DNA of 32,000 nucleotides from Bacillota bacterium (GTDB taxonomy: Bacteria; Bacillota; Desulfotomaculia; Desulfotomaculales; Desulfallaceae), in assembly GCA_023439185.1 (NCBI GenBank), contig JAEXOR010000011.1:233168-265167 (forward strand), read 5' to 3'. The position numbers were made by a program, and so were the translations under genes. This document shows, one piece after another, positions 1 through 8,776 of this stretch (its first letter is position 1; the number at the start of each line of letters is the position of its first letter). The notes below the pieces were generated by a model that did not search any database, was not told where the DNA came from, and worked only from the letters and a program-made list of their open reading frames with translations.

Positions 1-201
1 GCTCCCTGGGGCGTGAAGGAGGTTGGCGAAGGCGCCACTACGCCGACCCTTGGTTGCATCTCCAACGCCATCTACGACGCCATAGGGATCCAAATAACCA
101 GCCTGCCCATTTCCTACGAGAAAATATGGCGCGCCATCAAAGAAAAGAAAGAACAAGACAACGCCGCATCCTGCGGCTGCAGCTGCTGCGGTTGTGAATA
201 G
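1..201 (+). CDS. C-terminal end of a molybdenum hydroxylase (xanthine dehydrogenase/aldehyde oxidase family) large subunit, truncated by window edge, with Cys-rich tail
   Basis: Frame open from base 1 (APWGVKEVGEGATTPTLGCISNAIYDAIGIQITSLPISYEKIWRAI); the G(V/A)KExGEG motif and 'P.....I..A'-type ending are typical of the Mo-hydroxylase C-terminus. Confidence 0.8.
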   Translation, partial: APWGVKEVGEGATTPTLGCISNAIYDAIGIQITSLPISYEKIWRAIKEKKEQDNAASCGCSCCGCE

Positions 202-249
202 AAATACCACAGGGGGGCGTTAATTCGCCCCCCTGAAATTTAATCCGGT

Positions 250-450
250 TCAATTAAATCTTACCTCATTTATTTTTTCAATTAATTGCTCCAAATCAAT
301 GCCATATTTTTTAGATACCTGTTCCACGGTTTCAAAAAGTGATTCACAACAAATACAAACATTGAAACGATGGTCGTACGCCTTAAATATCCGGATTGTT
401 TCCGGATATTTTTCAGCCAGCTCGAGAATGGTCATATCCTTGGTCAACAT
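250..450 (-). CDS. Small DUF1858/DUF542 (ScdA N-terminal)-like protein
   Basis: 66 aa, 'MTILELAEKYPETIRIFKAYDHRFNVCICCESLFETVEQVSKKYGIDLEQLIEKI' resembles the helical DUF1858/DUF542 fold with CxCC. Confidence 0.6.
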   Translation of the reverse strand: MLTKDMTILELAEKYPETIRIFKAYDHRFNVCICCESLFETVEQVSKKYGIDLEQLIEKINEVRFN

Positions 451-476
451 TTAATTGGCACCTTCTAAAACAATTT

Positions 477-551
477 TGGTGGGCCATGCAGGACTCGAAC
501 CTGCAACCTGACGATTAAGAGTCGCCTGCTCTACCATTGAGCCAATGGCCC
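477..551 (-). tRNA. tRNA-Lys (anticodon CUU)
   Basis: Reverse complement GGGCCATTGGCTCAATGGTAGAGCAGGCGACTCTTAATCGTCAGGTTGCAGGTTCGAGTCCTGCATGGCCCACCA folds as a cloverleaf; anticodon loop CTCTTAA; encoded CCA. Confidence 0.95.
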
Positions 552-568
552 TTGTATAAAAGATAAAG

Positions 569-644
569 TGGCTGGGGCGGCTGGATTCGAACCAACGAAA
601 TGCCGAAGTCAGAGTCCGGTGCCTTACCGCTTGGCTACGCCCCA
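569..644 (-). tRNA. tRNA-Gln (anticodon CUG)
   Basis: Reverse complement TGGGGCGTAGCCAAGCGGTAAGGCACCGGACTCTGACTTCGGCATTTCGTTGGTTCGAATCCAGCCGCCCCAGCCA; loop CTCTGAC; encoded CCA. Confidence 0.95.
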
Positions 645-769
645 GTGTTGGTGCAAACTTATCCCTTTACCTCACTCAAATATATTAGCATAACTTAATT
701 AAGTAGATCAAATAAATATTATTTATCCGGATTATCTCTACGATAAAGACGATCTATATCTATGGACTA

Positions 770-1729
770 TTACTTCAAAAGCAACGCCTTATCTCCGGGC
801 AGGGTCACGTATATACTGCTTCCCGGCTTCCAGTCGGGGTCAGCGCGGCTTAAAATATCGGCCTGGATGATACTTCCCCGGACACTTATAAAATAGGCGC
901 TCAGCGCTCCCAAGTACTGTTTTTGCACTATCTTACCGGGCCACTGACCGGAAACTTCCGAAACATCGACATCCTCCGGACGGATAAGCACAACATTACC
1001 GCGGCTGTCTTCAATTATATTGACTTTACCGATAAAATCAGCAACGAAACGGTTCCTGGGCTGCAGATAGATCTCCCGTGGCGAACCAACCTGAGAGACA
1101 GCTCCCTGCTCCATAACTACTATTTGATCCGAAATACTGAGGGCCTCTTCCTGGTCGTGGGTCACATATATTGTTGTAATGCCCGTGCTGGATTGCAAAT
1201 CCTTGATTTCTTTTCTCATTTTCACCCGCAGCTTGGCGTCAAGGCTGCTTAAGGGCTCATCCATCAACAAGACCTTGGGATTGATAACCAATGCCCTGGC
1301 CAGGGCCACCCTCTGCTGCTCCCCGCCGCTCAGCGCAATGATTTCTTTTTGGGCATCACTCTGCAGGCCCACCATTTCAAGCATTTTCTCCCCCAGCATC
1401 ATTCTTTCTCTCTTGGCGACGCCCTTGAATTTCAACCCGTAAGTAACGTTGTTGATCACGTTCAGGTGCGGAAAAAGGGCGTAATTTTGAAAAACTGTGG
1501 CCGTCGGCCTTCTATGCGGCGGAATGCCGGTAATATCCACCCCTTCAAGCAGAATGCGACCGGCAGTGGGCTTGACGAAGCCGCCAATCAGGTTCAGGGT
1601 TGTTGTTTTGCCGCATCCGCTAGGCCCCAATATGGAAACCAATTGACCCCTTTCAATATCCAGGGTCATATCTCTGACGGCATCAAACAGGCCAAATTTT
1701 TTAGTCAGATTGGATAGCTGCAGATACAT
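770..1729 (-). CDS. ABC transporter ATP-binding protein (Fe3+/spermidine/2-AEP importer class, TOBE domain)
   Basis: Walker A GPSGCGKTT, Q-loop 'FQNYALFPHLNV', signature LSGGEQQRVALARAL, Walker B VLLMDEPLSSLD. Confidence 0.93.
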   Translation of the reverse strand: MYLQLSNLTKKFGLFDAVRDMTLDIERGQLVSILGPSGCGKTTTLNLIGGFVKPTAGRILLEGVDITGIPPHRRPTATVFQNYALFPHLNVINNVTYGLKFKGVAKRERMMLGEKMLEMVGLQSDAQKEIIALSGGEQQRVALARALVINPKVLLMDEPLSSLDAKLRVKMRKEIKDLQSSTGITTIYVTHDQEEALSISDQIVVMEQGAVSQVGSPREIYLQPRNRFVADFIGKVNIIEDSRGNVVLIRPEDVDVSEVSGQWPGKIVQKQYLGALSAYFISVRGSIIQADILSRADPDWKPGSSIYVTLPGDKALLLK

Positions 1730-1738
1730 GAAGACCTC

Positions 1739-3457
1739 CTATAATGGCCGACTGCGGCCGCGCCGCAGCAAAAGCCAGGTGAAACCCAGGTTGACGGCCA
1801 GGACAATGATAATAATCATGTTGGCCATTACCGCGCCCAAACCGATGTCGCCCTTTTTGATGGCGTCGAACATTTCCACGGTGGCCAGCTTCGAGCCCGG
1901 AGTGACCAGGAATATCACCGCCCCGATGGTGGTCATCGTGGTAGTGAACGTATTGATGAAACTCAATATAAACGCCGGCTTCAGGGCGGGCAGCATAATG
2001 TCTTTAAAAACCCGGAGCTCCCCGGCTCCGAGATCCCGGGCGCCGTTTTCAACCTGGGGATTGAGCTGGCTTAAAACCGCCGTTCCCGCCTTGGTCCCGA
2101 TGGGCAGCTGACGGTAGATGCAATTCACAATTACAATAAAAGCCGTGCCGGTAAGGGCCAGCGGATAATCATGGAATGCCAGCACATAACCGATGCCCAG
2201 GAACGGACCCGGGATCATAAAGGGCAGCGTGGCCACAAAGTCCAGCACCTGATAACCGGCAATTTTTTTTCTTTCCAAAATATAGGACAGCAAAATGCCG
2301 ATGATGCTGCCCGCCACCCCGGCCAGCACAGCATATTGCAGGCTGCGGACAATGCTGACGAATTTTCCGGTTGTCAAGGCGTGAATATGTTTCAGGCTGA
2401 AAGAAAAGTCCACTCCCCACGTTTTGACAAAAGCGCCGGCCAGAATGGTTCCATATTGCAACAGCACAATGAGCACAAAGGACCAGGTTAAAACAGTAAA
2501 AATCATGTTTATCCAGCCCGGCAGCATAAACTGCCCGTATTCCGCACCGCCCGGTTTGCTTGTAAAGGCTTGGGAATTTGAGAGCAGCCGGCGGTAAAGG
2601 ATAAAGACAAAAATTGCCGGTAAAAGCAGCAGTATGCTCATTGCCGAAGCCCTGGGCAAATTATACAGACCGATCACGTTTAGATACGCCTCGGTGGCTA
2701 AAACACTGTAACCGCCGCCGATAATGATCGGGGTGCCGAAGTCGGCCAGCGACCTGATAAATGTTATTAACGCCGCTGCTATAATGCCCGGTTTAACCAG
2801 GGGAATAATAACGCCCGTCAGGGTTTGCCAACTGCCAGCGCCCAGATCAAGGGACGCCTGCTCCAGGTTTTTATCTAAACCCCGCAGCACACCGATCATC
2901 AATAAAGCGGCCAGGGAGATAAAACCAAGGGTCTGCATCAATACAATGCCGTGCCAGCCATAAGGGTTTAATGACAAGCCCAGCAGCTTGTAGGTGATAA
3001 TGCCTCTTTTGCCAAAAAGCATAATATAAGCCAGCGAGGTAACAAAGGGCGGCGAGATCATTGTCAGCAGCAGCACGGAGAAAACAATTTTTTTCCCTTT
3101 GTTGTGCAAATGAGTAATAAACAGCGCAATGACCAGTCCCCAGGCTACGGTTAAAACGGTAGTCAGACCAGCCACAAACAGGCTGTTGATCAGCAGTTTG
3201 CGATTGTTCGTAAACAGGTCGTGATAATAACTGAAATTCAACGACCCGTTGCTGTAAACGCTTGATATAAGCACGGCAACAACAGGCCATAAAATAAAAA
3301 TCCCCACGCTGGCCACAATGATCAGGTAGATTACAAAACTGCCTAAATCATGGAAAAGGGTATCTCCTGGAGATACCCTGCCGTTAACGCTACTTGTTGC
3401 CGTACTTTTGCTCCCATTTCGCCACAATGGAATCCCTCTCCCTGCCGGCAATCTCAA
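1739..3457 (-). CDS. ABC transporter permease, two fused BPD-transporter domains (FbpB/PhnV-like)
   Basis: ~12 hydrophobic segments, two inner-membrane domains, adjacent to ATPase and binding protein; the N-terminal ~20 aa may be over-extended into the upstream gene overlap. Confidence 0.88.
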   Translation of the reverse strand: MRLPAGRGIPLWRNGSKSTATSSVNGRVSPGDTLFHDLGSFVIYLIIVASVGIFILWPVVAVLISSVYSNGSLNFSYYHDLFTNNRKLLINSLFVAGLTTVLTVAWGLVIALFITHLHNKGKKIVFSVLLLTMISPPFVTSLAYIMLFGKRGIITYKLLGLSLNPYGWHGIVLMQTLGFISLAALLMIGVLRGLDKNLEQASLDLGAGSWQTLTGVIIPLVKPGIIAAALITFIRSLADFGTPIIIGGGYSVLATEAYLNVIGLYNLPRASAMSILLLLPAIFVFILYRRLLSNSQAFTSKPGGAEYGQFMLPGWINMIFTVLTWSFVLIVLLQYGTILAGAFVKTWGVDFSFSLKHIHALTTGKFVSIVRSLQYAVLAGVAGSIIGILLSYILERKKIAGYQVLDFVATLPFMIPGPFLGIGYVLAFHDYPLALTGTAFIVIVNCIYRQLPIGTKAGTAVLSQLNPQVENGARDLGAGELRVFKDIMLPALKPAFILSFINTFTTTMTTIGAVIFLVTPGSKLATVEMFDAIKKGDIGLGAVMANMIIIIVLAVNLGFTWLLLRRGRSRPL

Positions 3458-4436
3458 AGTCGATGTCTTGCAGCCTGGCGTTCTCTATTCCCTTAAGCAC
3501 CTCCGGAGGCGCCACGCCCTCCCGCACCGGCACCCGCGGGCAATTATCCCTAAGTACTTCCTGGCCGTGTTCGGAGAGACACCAGTCCACAAAAGCCTTG
3601 GCTCCGGCCAAATTTTCAGCGCCTTTCAAAATGGCCACCGGAGAAGGCCACCAGGGCGTTCCGTCGGCGGGAAACACCGACACGATCGGATATCCTTCGG
3701 CTTTAAGCTCCTCCCCGGTATCGGGAGCCAATCCCACCAGCACTTCCCCCAGAGCGGCTTTTTGCGGTGGTTCGCTGCCCCTTTTGGCGTAATAGGGAAT
3801 GTTTTTATCCAATTCGTCAATGAAGGCCCACCCGGCTTCTTCACCCATGGCCTGCAGCAAACCGCTGAGTATGGTGTACGAAGTGCCTGAAATGGAGGGG
3901 TTGGACATCAATACCTCGCCTGCAAATTCCGGTTTGACCAAGTCGGCCCATGCCCGGGGAATCTCGATTCCCTTCTCCTTGCATACCTGCTCGTTAACGA
4001 TCAAGCTGACTGTGACCAGTGAAACGCCCGTCCAGCAGCCGTCTTGATCCTTATATTGTTCCGGTATGGCTGCGGCTTCACCGGATATGTACGGCTCCAG
4101 CAGTCCGTCCGCCTTGGCGGCGATAAAACTGTCCACGCCCCCGCCGAACCACACATCGCCCAGAGGTTTCCCCTTTTCGGCTCTGATCCTGGCCAGCACT
4201 TCCCCGGAAGACATGTCCAGATATTCAATCTTGATGCCCGTATCCTTTTCAAACTCGGCAAAAATTTGGTCCAACCCGCCGTAGGCGGTAAATAATTGCA
4301 ATGTGGTGCCGCTCAAACTTGCACCGGCTTCGCCGGCACCGTCTTTTTCGCTGGCGTTTTGCCCGGCCGCTCCGCAGCCCGCAAGCAGCACCGAGCACAC
4401 CAATACCAGCAGCAACATGATAATTCTCTTTTTCAC
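3390..4436 (-). CDS. ABC transporter substrate-binding lipoprotein (FbpA/iron or 2-AEP class)
   Basis: Lipobox signal 'MKKRIIMLLLVLVCSVLLAGCG'; periplasmic-binding-protein-like sequence 'GEVLARIRAEKGKPLGDVWFGGG'. Confidence 0.9.
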   Translation of the reverse strand: MKKRIIMLLLVLVCSVLLAGCGAAGQNASEKDGAGEAGASLSGTTLQLFTAYGGLDQIFAEFEKDTGIKIEYLDMSSGEVLARIRAEKGKPLGDVWFGGGVDSFIAAKADGLLEPYISGEAAAIPEQYKDQDGCWTGVSLVTVSLIVNEQVCKEKGIEIPRAWADLVKPEFAGEVLMSNPSISGTSYTILSGLLQAMGEEAGWAFIDELDKNIPYYAKRGSEPPQKAALGEVLVGLAPDTGEELKAEGYPIVSVFPADGTPWWPSPVAILKGAENLAGAKAFVDWCLSEHGQEVLRDNCPRVPVREGVAPPEVLKGIENARLQDIDFEIAGRERDSIVAKWEQKYGNK

Positions 4437-5062
4437 AATCTAACCTCCTGATACACATTTTTACGTTGGTCAAACATCACAGGCAGTACTTCCCCCGCCT
4501 TGATAGCATTAATAAAATCCCGGCTGTCTCCAATCCCGGCCGGGAATTTGGTCGCGTAACACCCCAGCCTGTCCGTCCGGTGCGCGTCACTGCCGCCCAG
4601 GCAGGGGATATGCAACGCTGTCCCCAAAGCATGCGCTTTGCTGTTTTGCTCCCAGGGAGTATTTCCGTTAAATGATTCAATACCGTTTAGCCCTTTAATA
4701 TCCAATAACCCGTCTCCCATGCCGCGCCCGTTGTCCCGGTACGGGTGCGCGCAGACGACGGCGCCACCCTTTGCGTTTACCAGGTCGACCAACTCCTGGG
4801 CGTGCATCTGTCGATCCGGAACCTCCTCCAAGCCAAAAACGAGCAAATCTCCCTCCAATGAAAGCAATTCCATCCCCACAATTACTAAAAATTGTTCCCT
4901 TTTCTCCATCTCCTTTGCTAAAGAAGCTATACCGTTGCTTTCGTGATCAGTAATACAAATACCAGACAGGCCGATGGATTTTGCCCTGGCAACGGCATCC
5001 CTTAAATTTATTCTGCTGCACGGGGAATACCCGGCAGTATGTACATGGATATCAATAATCAA
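4433..5062 (-). CDS. PHP domain metal-dependent phosphoesterase-like protein
   Basis: 'MIIDIHVHTAGYSPCSRINLRDAVARAKSIGLSGICITDHES' and 'AHPYRDNGRGMGDG', 'GGSDAHRTDRLG'; overlaps binding-protein start by 4 nt. Confidence 0.88.
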   Translation of the reverse strand: MIIDIHVHTAGYSPCSRINLRDAVARAKSIGLSGICITDHESNGIASLAKEMEKREQFLVIVGMELLSLEGDLLVFGLEEVPDRQMHAQELVDLVNAKGGAVVCAHPYRDNGRGMGDGLLDIKGLNGIESFNGNTPWEQNSKAHALGTALHIPCLGGSDAHRTDRLGCYATKFPAGIGDSRDFINAIKAGEVLPVMFDQRKNVYQEVRL

Positions 5063-5400
5063 AAATCCACCCCATTCCTGCTTTTATCATTTTAAATCAA
5101 GCGTATTTATAGTTCAAATAAGAGTTATTTATTAAATATGGCATATTTATAAACAAAACTTGGGTTGTTTGGCTTGTTTTACCGAAACGGATTACGGGAC
5201 GCAGTCTGCGTCCCGTAATCCATATGATTCTGATTGTGCGTTATTCCTCGATATCTCCGAGGCTACCGCCCAAAGAGCGGGCTTGCCTTTTTGACGGTTA
5301 TAGCTTGGAAATATCTCGGAGGAAATTATTGACGTAATACAAGCTTGATAATATGATTAAAATAAATTTTCCGGGGATTTAGTACTTTAGGAGCATTGCC

Positions 5401-6525
5401 GTGCTGTTAAAGATTTTTTCGGCATCCATAAGACTGGTACCGGGCATGATGGTCATGTTTTCCATTGCCCTTCTGGCCAGAGGCGGAACCGACCTGGGCC
5501 TGCCCTGGTGGCCGGGCCTGGAGGTTATTTTTGCCTCAAAGCCCGTGACCAGCAAAATACTGATCGATATTTTGCATTTAAACTATGTCCTCATCTCCAT
5601 TTTAACGGGCATGCTGCTGCGCAACTTATTTGGCCTGCCCGGTTTTATTGTCCCCGGGGTAAGAACCTCCCGGCTGTTTATTAAAATCGGCGTCATCCTG
5701 CTGGGTTCCCTGTACAGCATCGTGGAACTGGCCCGCTTGGGCACAACAGCCTTTTTAATTGTTATTTTTTTCATCACCGTTACCCTGGCTTTAACCCTGT
5801 ACCTGGGCCAGAGGCTGGGCATGAGTCCGGCGGCGGCCTCGGTGCTGGCGGCAGGCACGGCCATTTGCGGGGTTTCGGCCATTGTAGCCACCGCTCCCGC
5901 CGTGCGGGCCAAAACCTCCGATGTGGTTTACTCCATCGCCACCATTCTCACCGTAGGCCTGATTTTTCTGTTCGCCTTTCCCGCCATTGGCGCTATTCTT
6001 GGCTTAAGCCCCCATCAATTCGGGGTCTGGGCGGGCACCGGAATTTTAAACTCGGGGCAGGTGCTGGCCGCCGCCCTGGCTTACGATCACGGCACTTTGG
6101 AGCATGCCTCCGTCAGCTTGAAAACCGGTGAGGTATTCAATTTGACCAGAATCATATTCCTGCCCTTTGTGGTGCTGTTCCTGTCGGTTTACAACAGCCG
6201 CCGGGAAATGGACGATATCTACAATATCAATACCGGCATCTGGAGTAAATTCCCTTTATTTGTCCTTGGGTTTCTGGTGGTGGTTTTAATGACCTCCTTC
6301 GGCCTGCTGGGGGAGACCAATCCGCCCTCAGCCGAGCTTACCTTGATCCGCAATCTGTACAGTTGGTTTTTTTCCATCGGGCTGGCGGGTTTAGGCATGC
6401 AAATATCCTTTAGTGAATTGCGTAAAGCGGGAGGCAGCCCACTACTGGTGGGCACCCTGGCCGCCCTGGTCAAGGCCGTCGGGGCGTTGATTCTGGTACT
6501 CCTGTTTATTTCGGAGCATCCATAG
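5401..6525 (+). CDS. YeiH/UPF0324 family putative sulfate-exporter-type membrane protein (copy 1)
   Basis: Multi-TM protein with 'MSPAAASVLAAGTAICGVSAIVATAPAVRAKTSDVVYSIATI' typical of the family. Confidence 0.88.
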   Translation: MLLKIFSASIRLVPGMMVMFSIALLARGGTDLGLPWWPGLEVIFASKPVTSKILIDILHLNYVLISILTGMLLRNLFGLPGFIVPGVRTSRLFIKIGVILLGSLYSIVELARLGTTAFLIVIFFITVTLALTLYLGQRLGMSPAAASVLAAGTAICGVSAIVATAPAVRAKTSDVVYSIATILTVGLIFLFAFPAIGAILGLSPHQFGVWAGTGILNSGQVLAAALAYDHGTLEHASVSLKTGEVFNLTRIIFLPFVVLFLSVYNSRREMDDIYNINTGIWSKFPLFVLGFLVVVLMTSFGLLGETNPPSAELTLIRNLYSWFFSIGLAGLGMQISFSELRKAGGSPLLVGTLAALVKAVGALILVLLFISEHP

Positions 6526-6576
6526 GCATGGCGCCGGATAGCGGGTGTGTTTTAGAAAAACGGAGGGAGATTTTAG

Positions 6577-6696
6577 ATGACCGAAAAAAATAATCATGAG
6601 CAGTTAAACCTGTTATCCGCCTCGGAACGGTTGGAGGATTATGCCGCCCTGGCCATATCCGCCCTGATCCTCATTTTGGTGCTGGCACTGGTCTAA
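6577..6696 (+). CDS. Unannotated 39-aa single-TM microprotein (MTEKNNHEQLNLLSASERLEDYAALAISALILILVLALV)
   Basis: ATG with 'cggaggga' Shine-Dalgarno-like sequence ~9 nt upstream, hydrophilic acidic N-terminus then one TM; directly follows YeiH copy 1. Confidence 0.65.
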   Translation: MTEKNNHEQLNLLSASERLEDYAALAISALILILVLALV

Positions 6697-6704
6697 CCCG
6701 CTGT

Positions 6705-8144
6705 TCACCGGATAAACACGATGGTGCCGGCGTATGAACCATTGGCTCCATATACCGGCTTCAATTCACAGTGCACATCGCCGCAGGACAGACCGGCCCT
6801 GGTTAAGGACGGCGAACCGATATTGCTTTCAATTAAATTGGCCAGCTCGGCATTTACCTCGTTGATATTCATTTCATTGGTCATGTGGCCCAGATAATAA
6901 ACGGCCATCATGTTAAAGACCATAATTTTGTTCTCCCGATCCACGAATATGACCCCTTCCTGCAGCAGCTCCACAATGCCGCCCAGGGCATAACCGCGCA
7001 GCTTCTCCTTTTCCCGGCTGGGACTGATTACCACCATGGAGCCCAGCATTTTGCCGTTTTTCACAATGGGAAAGCTGACGATTTCCAATAAATCGCCGGT
7101 CTTTTTAAGCATTATCCTGTCCGGGCCGTCAATGGGGCCGATAATTTCCTTCAGCCTGGTTTCGTTAAATACTATTCTTTTTTCGGCAAAGATTTCATAA
7201 ATTATGCCATTGGCAAACACGACTTTGCCAAACTGATTTGCGATAATAATGCCTTCCTTTAAATTATTGAAAATATTAAAATCGATATTATCGAAGTAAG
7301 AGTTGATACTGTTTAACTGCAGCAATTCGATGATAAACTGGTAAATCAAAAAATACAGCATAAACAAAAGAAACATAATGGTGATAATGCGGTAGGTGTC
7401 AAAATTGTGGTCCTGATCGAAGAAAAACACTTGGCAGGGAAAGTCGTCCAAACTGACTTGACTGACCAGGTACATAGAACCCTGGGCCTTAATGGATTCC
7501 CGCTCCGGATTAAAATGGTTTAAAGCCTCCCGGTCGAAGGGCCAGACCATGAAATGTCCGGCACGGCCCGCTACCCCCACCTTCAGCTTATCCGTTGAGT
7601 ATTTAAGCAAAAAATTATTCTGAAAATCACTGGTATTATATTCAATAATCAAATAACCCGGCCCTGCGGAACCGCCCGTTATGGGAGCCGCCAGACCCAA
7701 CCCGGCCACCCGGCCGTTTTTAATAATCTCATATCCCGACCGGTCCGGGACAGCCGGGAGAGGCTTCTGCATACCGACTTCCTTGCCGCTCAGGGAATTT
7801 AAAATCTCTCCCCGGTAATTCAGCAGGTAAATTTCCTCAATGGCGGGGCTTCGGGCGGCAATGTCCCGGAGCAGGGCCCGGCGCTCCGGTTCGTCAACGC
7901 GGCCCAGGGATTTGGCGGCGTCTTCGGTGGCATACTGCAGCCCGTGCAGATAGACATTGAGCTCGTTTAATACGATCTGTCTGACGTTGTCTTCGTTTTT
8001 GTCAATGATCCCCTTGACAAAACGGAACTCCAAGATAAAAAACAAAATGATTAAGGTTAAAAGCGCGATAATGGCATAATAAACCAAAATCCTTTTTTTA
8101 GCCTCGTTTTTACCCACCGCCAAGCCCCGCCCCCTGCATTTCAT
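6705..8144 (-). CDS. Membrane sensor protein with extracytoplasmic Cache-like domain and PAS domain(s), no kinase/cyclase output domain
   Basis: Two TM segments (IIALLTLIILFFILEF; IITIMFLLFMLYFLIYQFIIELLQL) flanking a Cache-like region, then PAS-like 'FNNLKEGIIIANQFGKVVFANGIIYEIF' and 'LLQEGVIFVDRENKIMVFNMMA'; no H-box or ATPase motifs. Confidence 0.75.
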   Translation of the reverse strand: MKCRGRGLAVGKNEAKKRILVYYAIIALLTLIILFFILEFRFVKGIIDKNEDNVRQIVLNELNVYLHGLQYATEDAAKSLGRVDEPERRALLRDIAARSPAIEEIYLLNYRGEILNSLSGKEVGMQKPLPAVPDRSGYEIIKNGRVAGLGLAAPITGGSAGPGYLIIEYNTSDFQNNFLLKYSTDKLKVGVAGRAGHFMVWPFDREALNHFNPERESIKAQGSMYLVSQVSLDDFPCQVFFFDQDHNFDTYRIITIMFLLFMLYFLIYQFIIELLQLNSINSYFDNIDFNIFNNLKEGIIIANQFGKVVFANGIIYEIFAEKRIVFNETRLKEIIGPIDGPDRIMLKKTGDLLEIVSFPIVKNGKMLGSMVVISPSREKEKLRGYALGGIVELLQEGVIFVDRENKIMVFNMMAVYYLGHMTNEMNINEVNAELANLIESNIGSPSLTRAGLSCGDVHCELKPVYGANGSYAGTIVFIR

Positions 8145-8152
8145 TCATGCCG

Positions 8153-8776
8153 TCATTCGATCAAGCCCTTTTTTACGGCCGTGGTTAAAGCCTTTTCAAT
8201 GGAATCCGCGCCCAATTTGGTACAAATCCCCCTGATCCTCCGGCGCAGCGTGGATACACTCATGAACAACGCCACCGCCACTGTCTTTTGGGTTTCCCCC
8301 CGGGCCAGCATTTGTAAAATTTTTTGCTCCACCTCAGTTAAACCCGTTCCCGACAGGTTCATCAGCATTTCCACATTTAATCCCGGATACAGGTAGCGGC
8401 CGTCCCTCATGGTAATGGTAACGGCAGACTTTATTTCATCAAAGGAGGCATATTTGGGAATAAAACCATGGACGCCGCTCTCAATGGCCTTTTTGATAAA
8501 AAGGGCGTCGTCGTAAGTGGTTAAGGCAATAAACTTTACCCGGGGGATTTTTTGCTCGATCTCCCGGCACAGGTCCAGCCCGTCCCCGTCGGGCAGCTTA
8601 ATGTCCAGCAGGATAATGTCTATATCCTCCCGCAGGTTCTCCAGAGCTTCCCGGCAGGAGCCGGCCTCGGCCGCCACCGTCATGTACTCTTCCCTTTCTA
8701 TTAACCTGCGCAGGCCTTCCCGCAAAATGTTGTGATCATCCACCAGCATAATTTTGATTTCACTCATTTTTCTCAT
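8153..8776 (-). CDS. NarL/FixJ-family response regulator
   Basis: Receiver 'KIMLVDDHNILREGLRRLI...DIILLDIKLPDGDGLDL' plus LuxR-type HTH 'LTEVEQKILQMLARGETQKTVAVALFMSVSTLRRRIRGICTKL'. Confidence 0.93.
   Translation of the reverse strand: MRKMSEIKIMLVDDHNILREGLRRLIEREEYMTVAAEAGSCREALENLREDIDIILLDIKLPDGDGLDLCREIEQKIPRVKFIALTTYDDALFIKKAIESGVHGFIPKYASFDEIKSAVTITMRDGRYLYPGLNVEMLMNLSGTGLTEVEQKILQMLARGETQKTVAVALFMSVSTLRRRIRGICTKLGADSIEKALTTAVKKGLIE

Noticed and set aside
477-644. tRNA pair as an integration/att site of an island
   Set aside because: No integrase and no repeated tRNA 3' end noticed elsewhere in the window
923-1717. Plus-strand ORFs of 109 and 122 aa opposite the ABC ATPase gene
   Set aside because: Shadow ORFs: the minus strand frame has complete Walker/signature motifs, the plus-strand translations show no domain-like pattern
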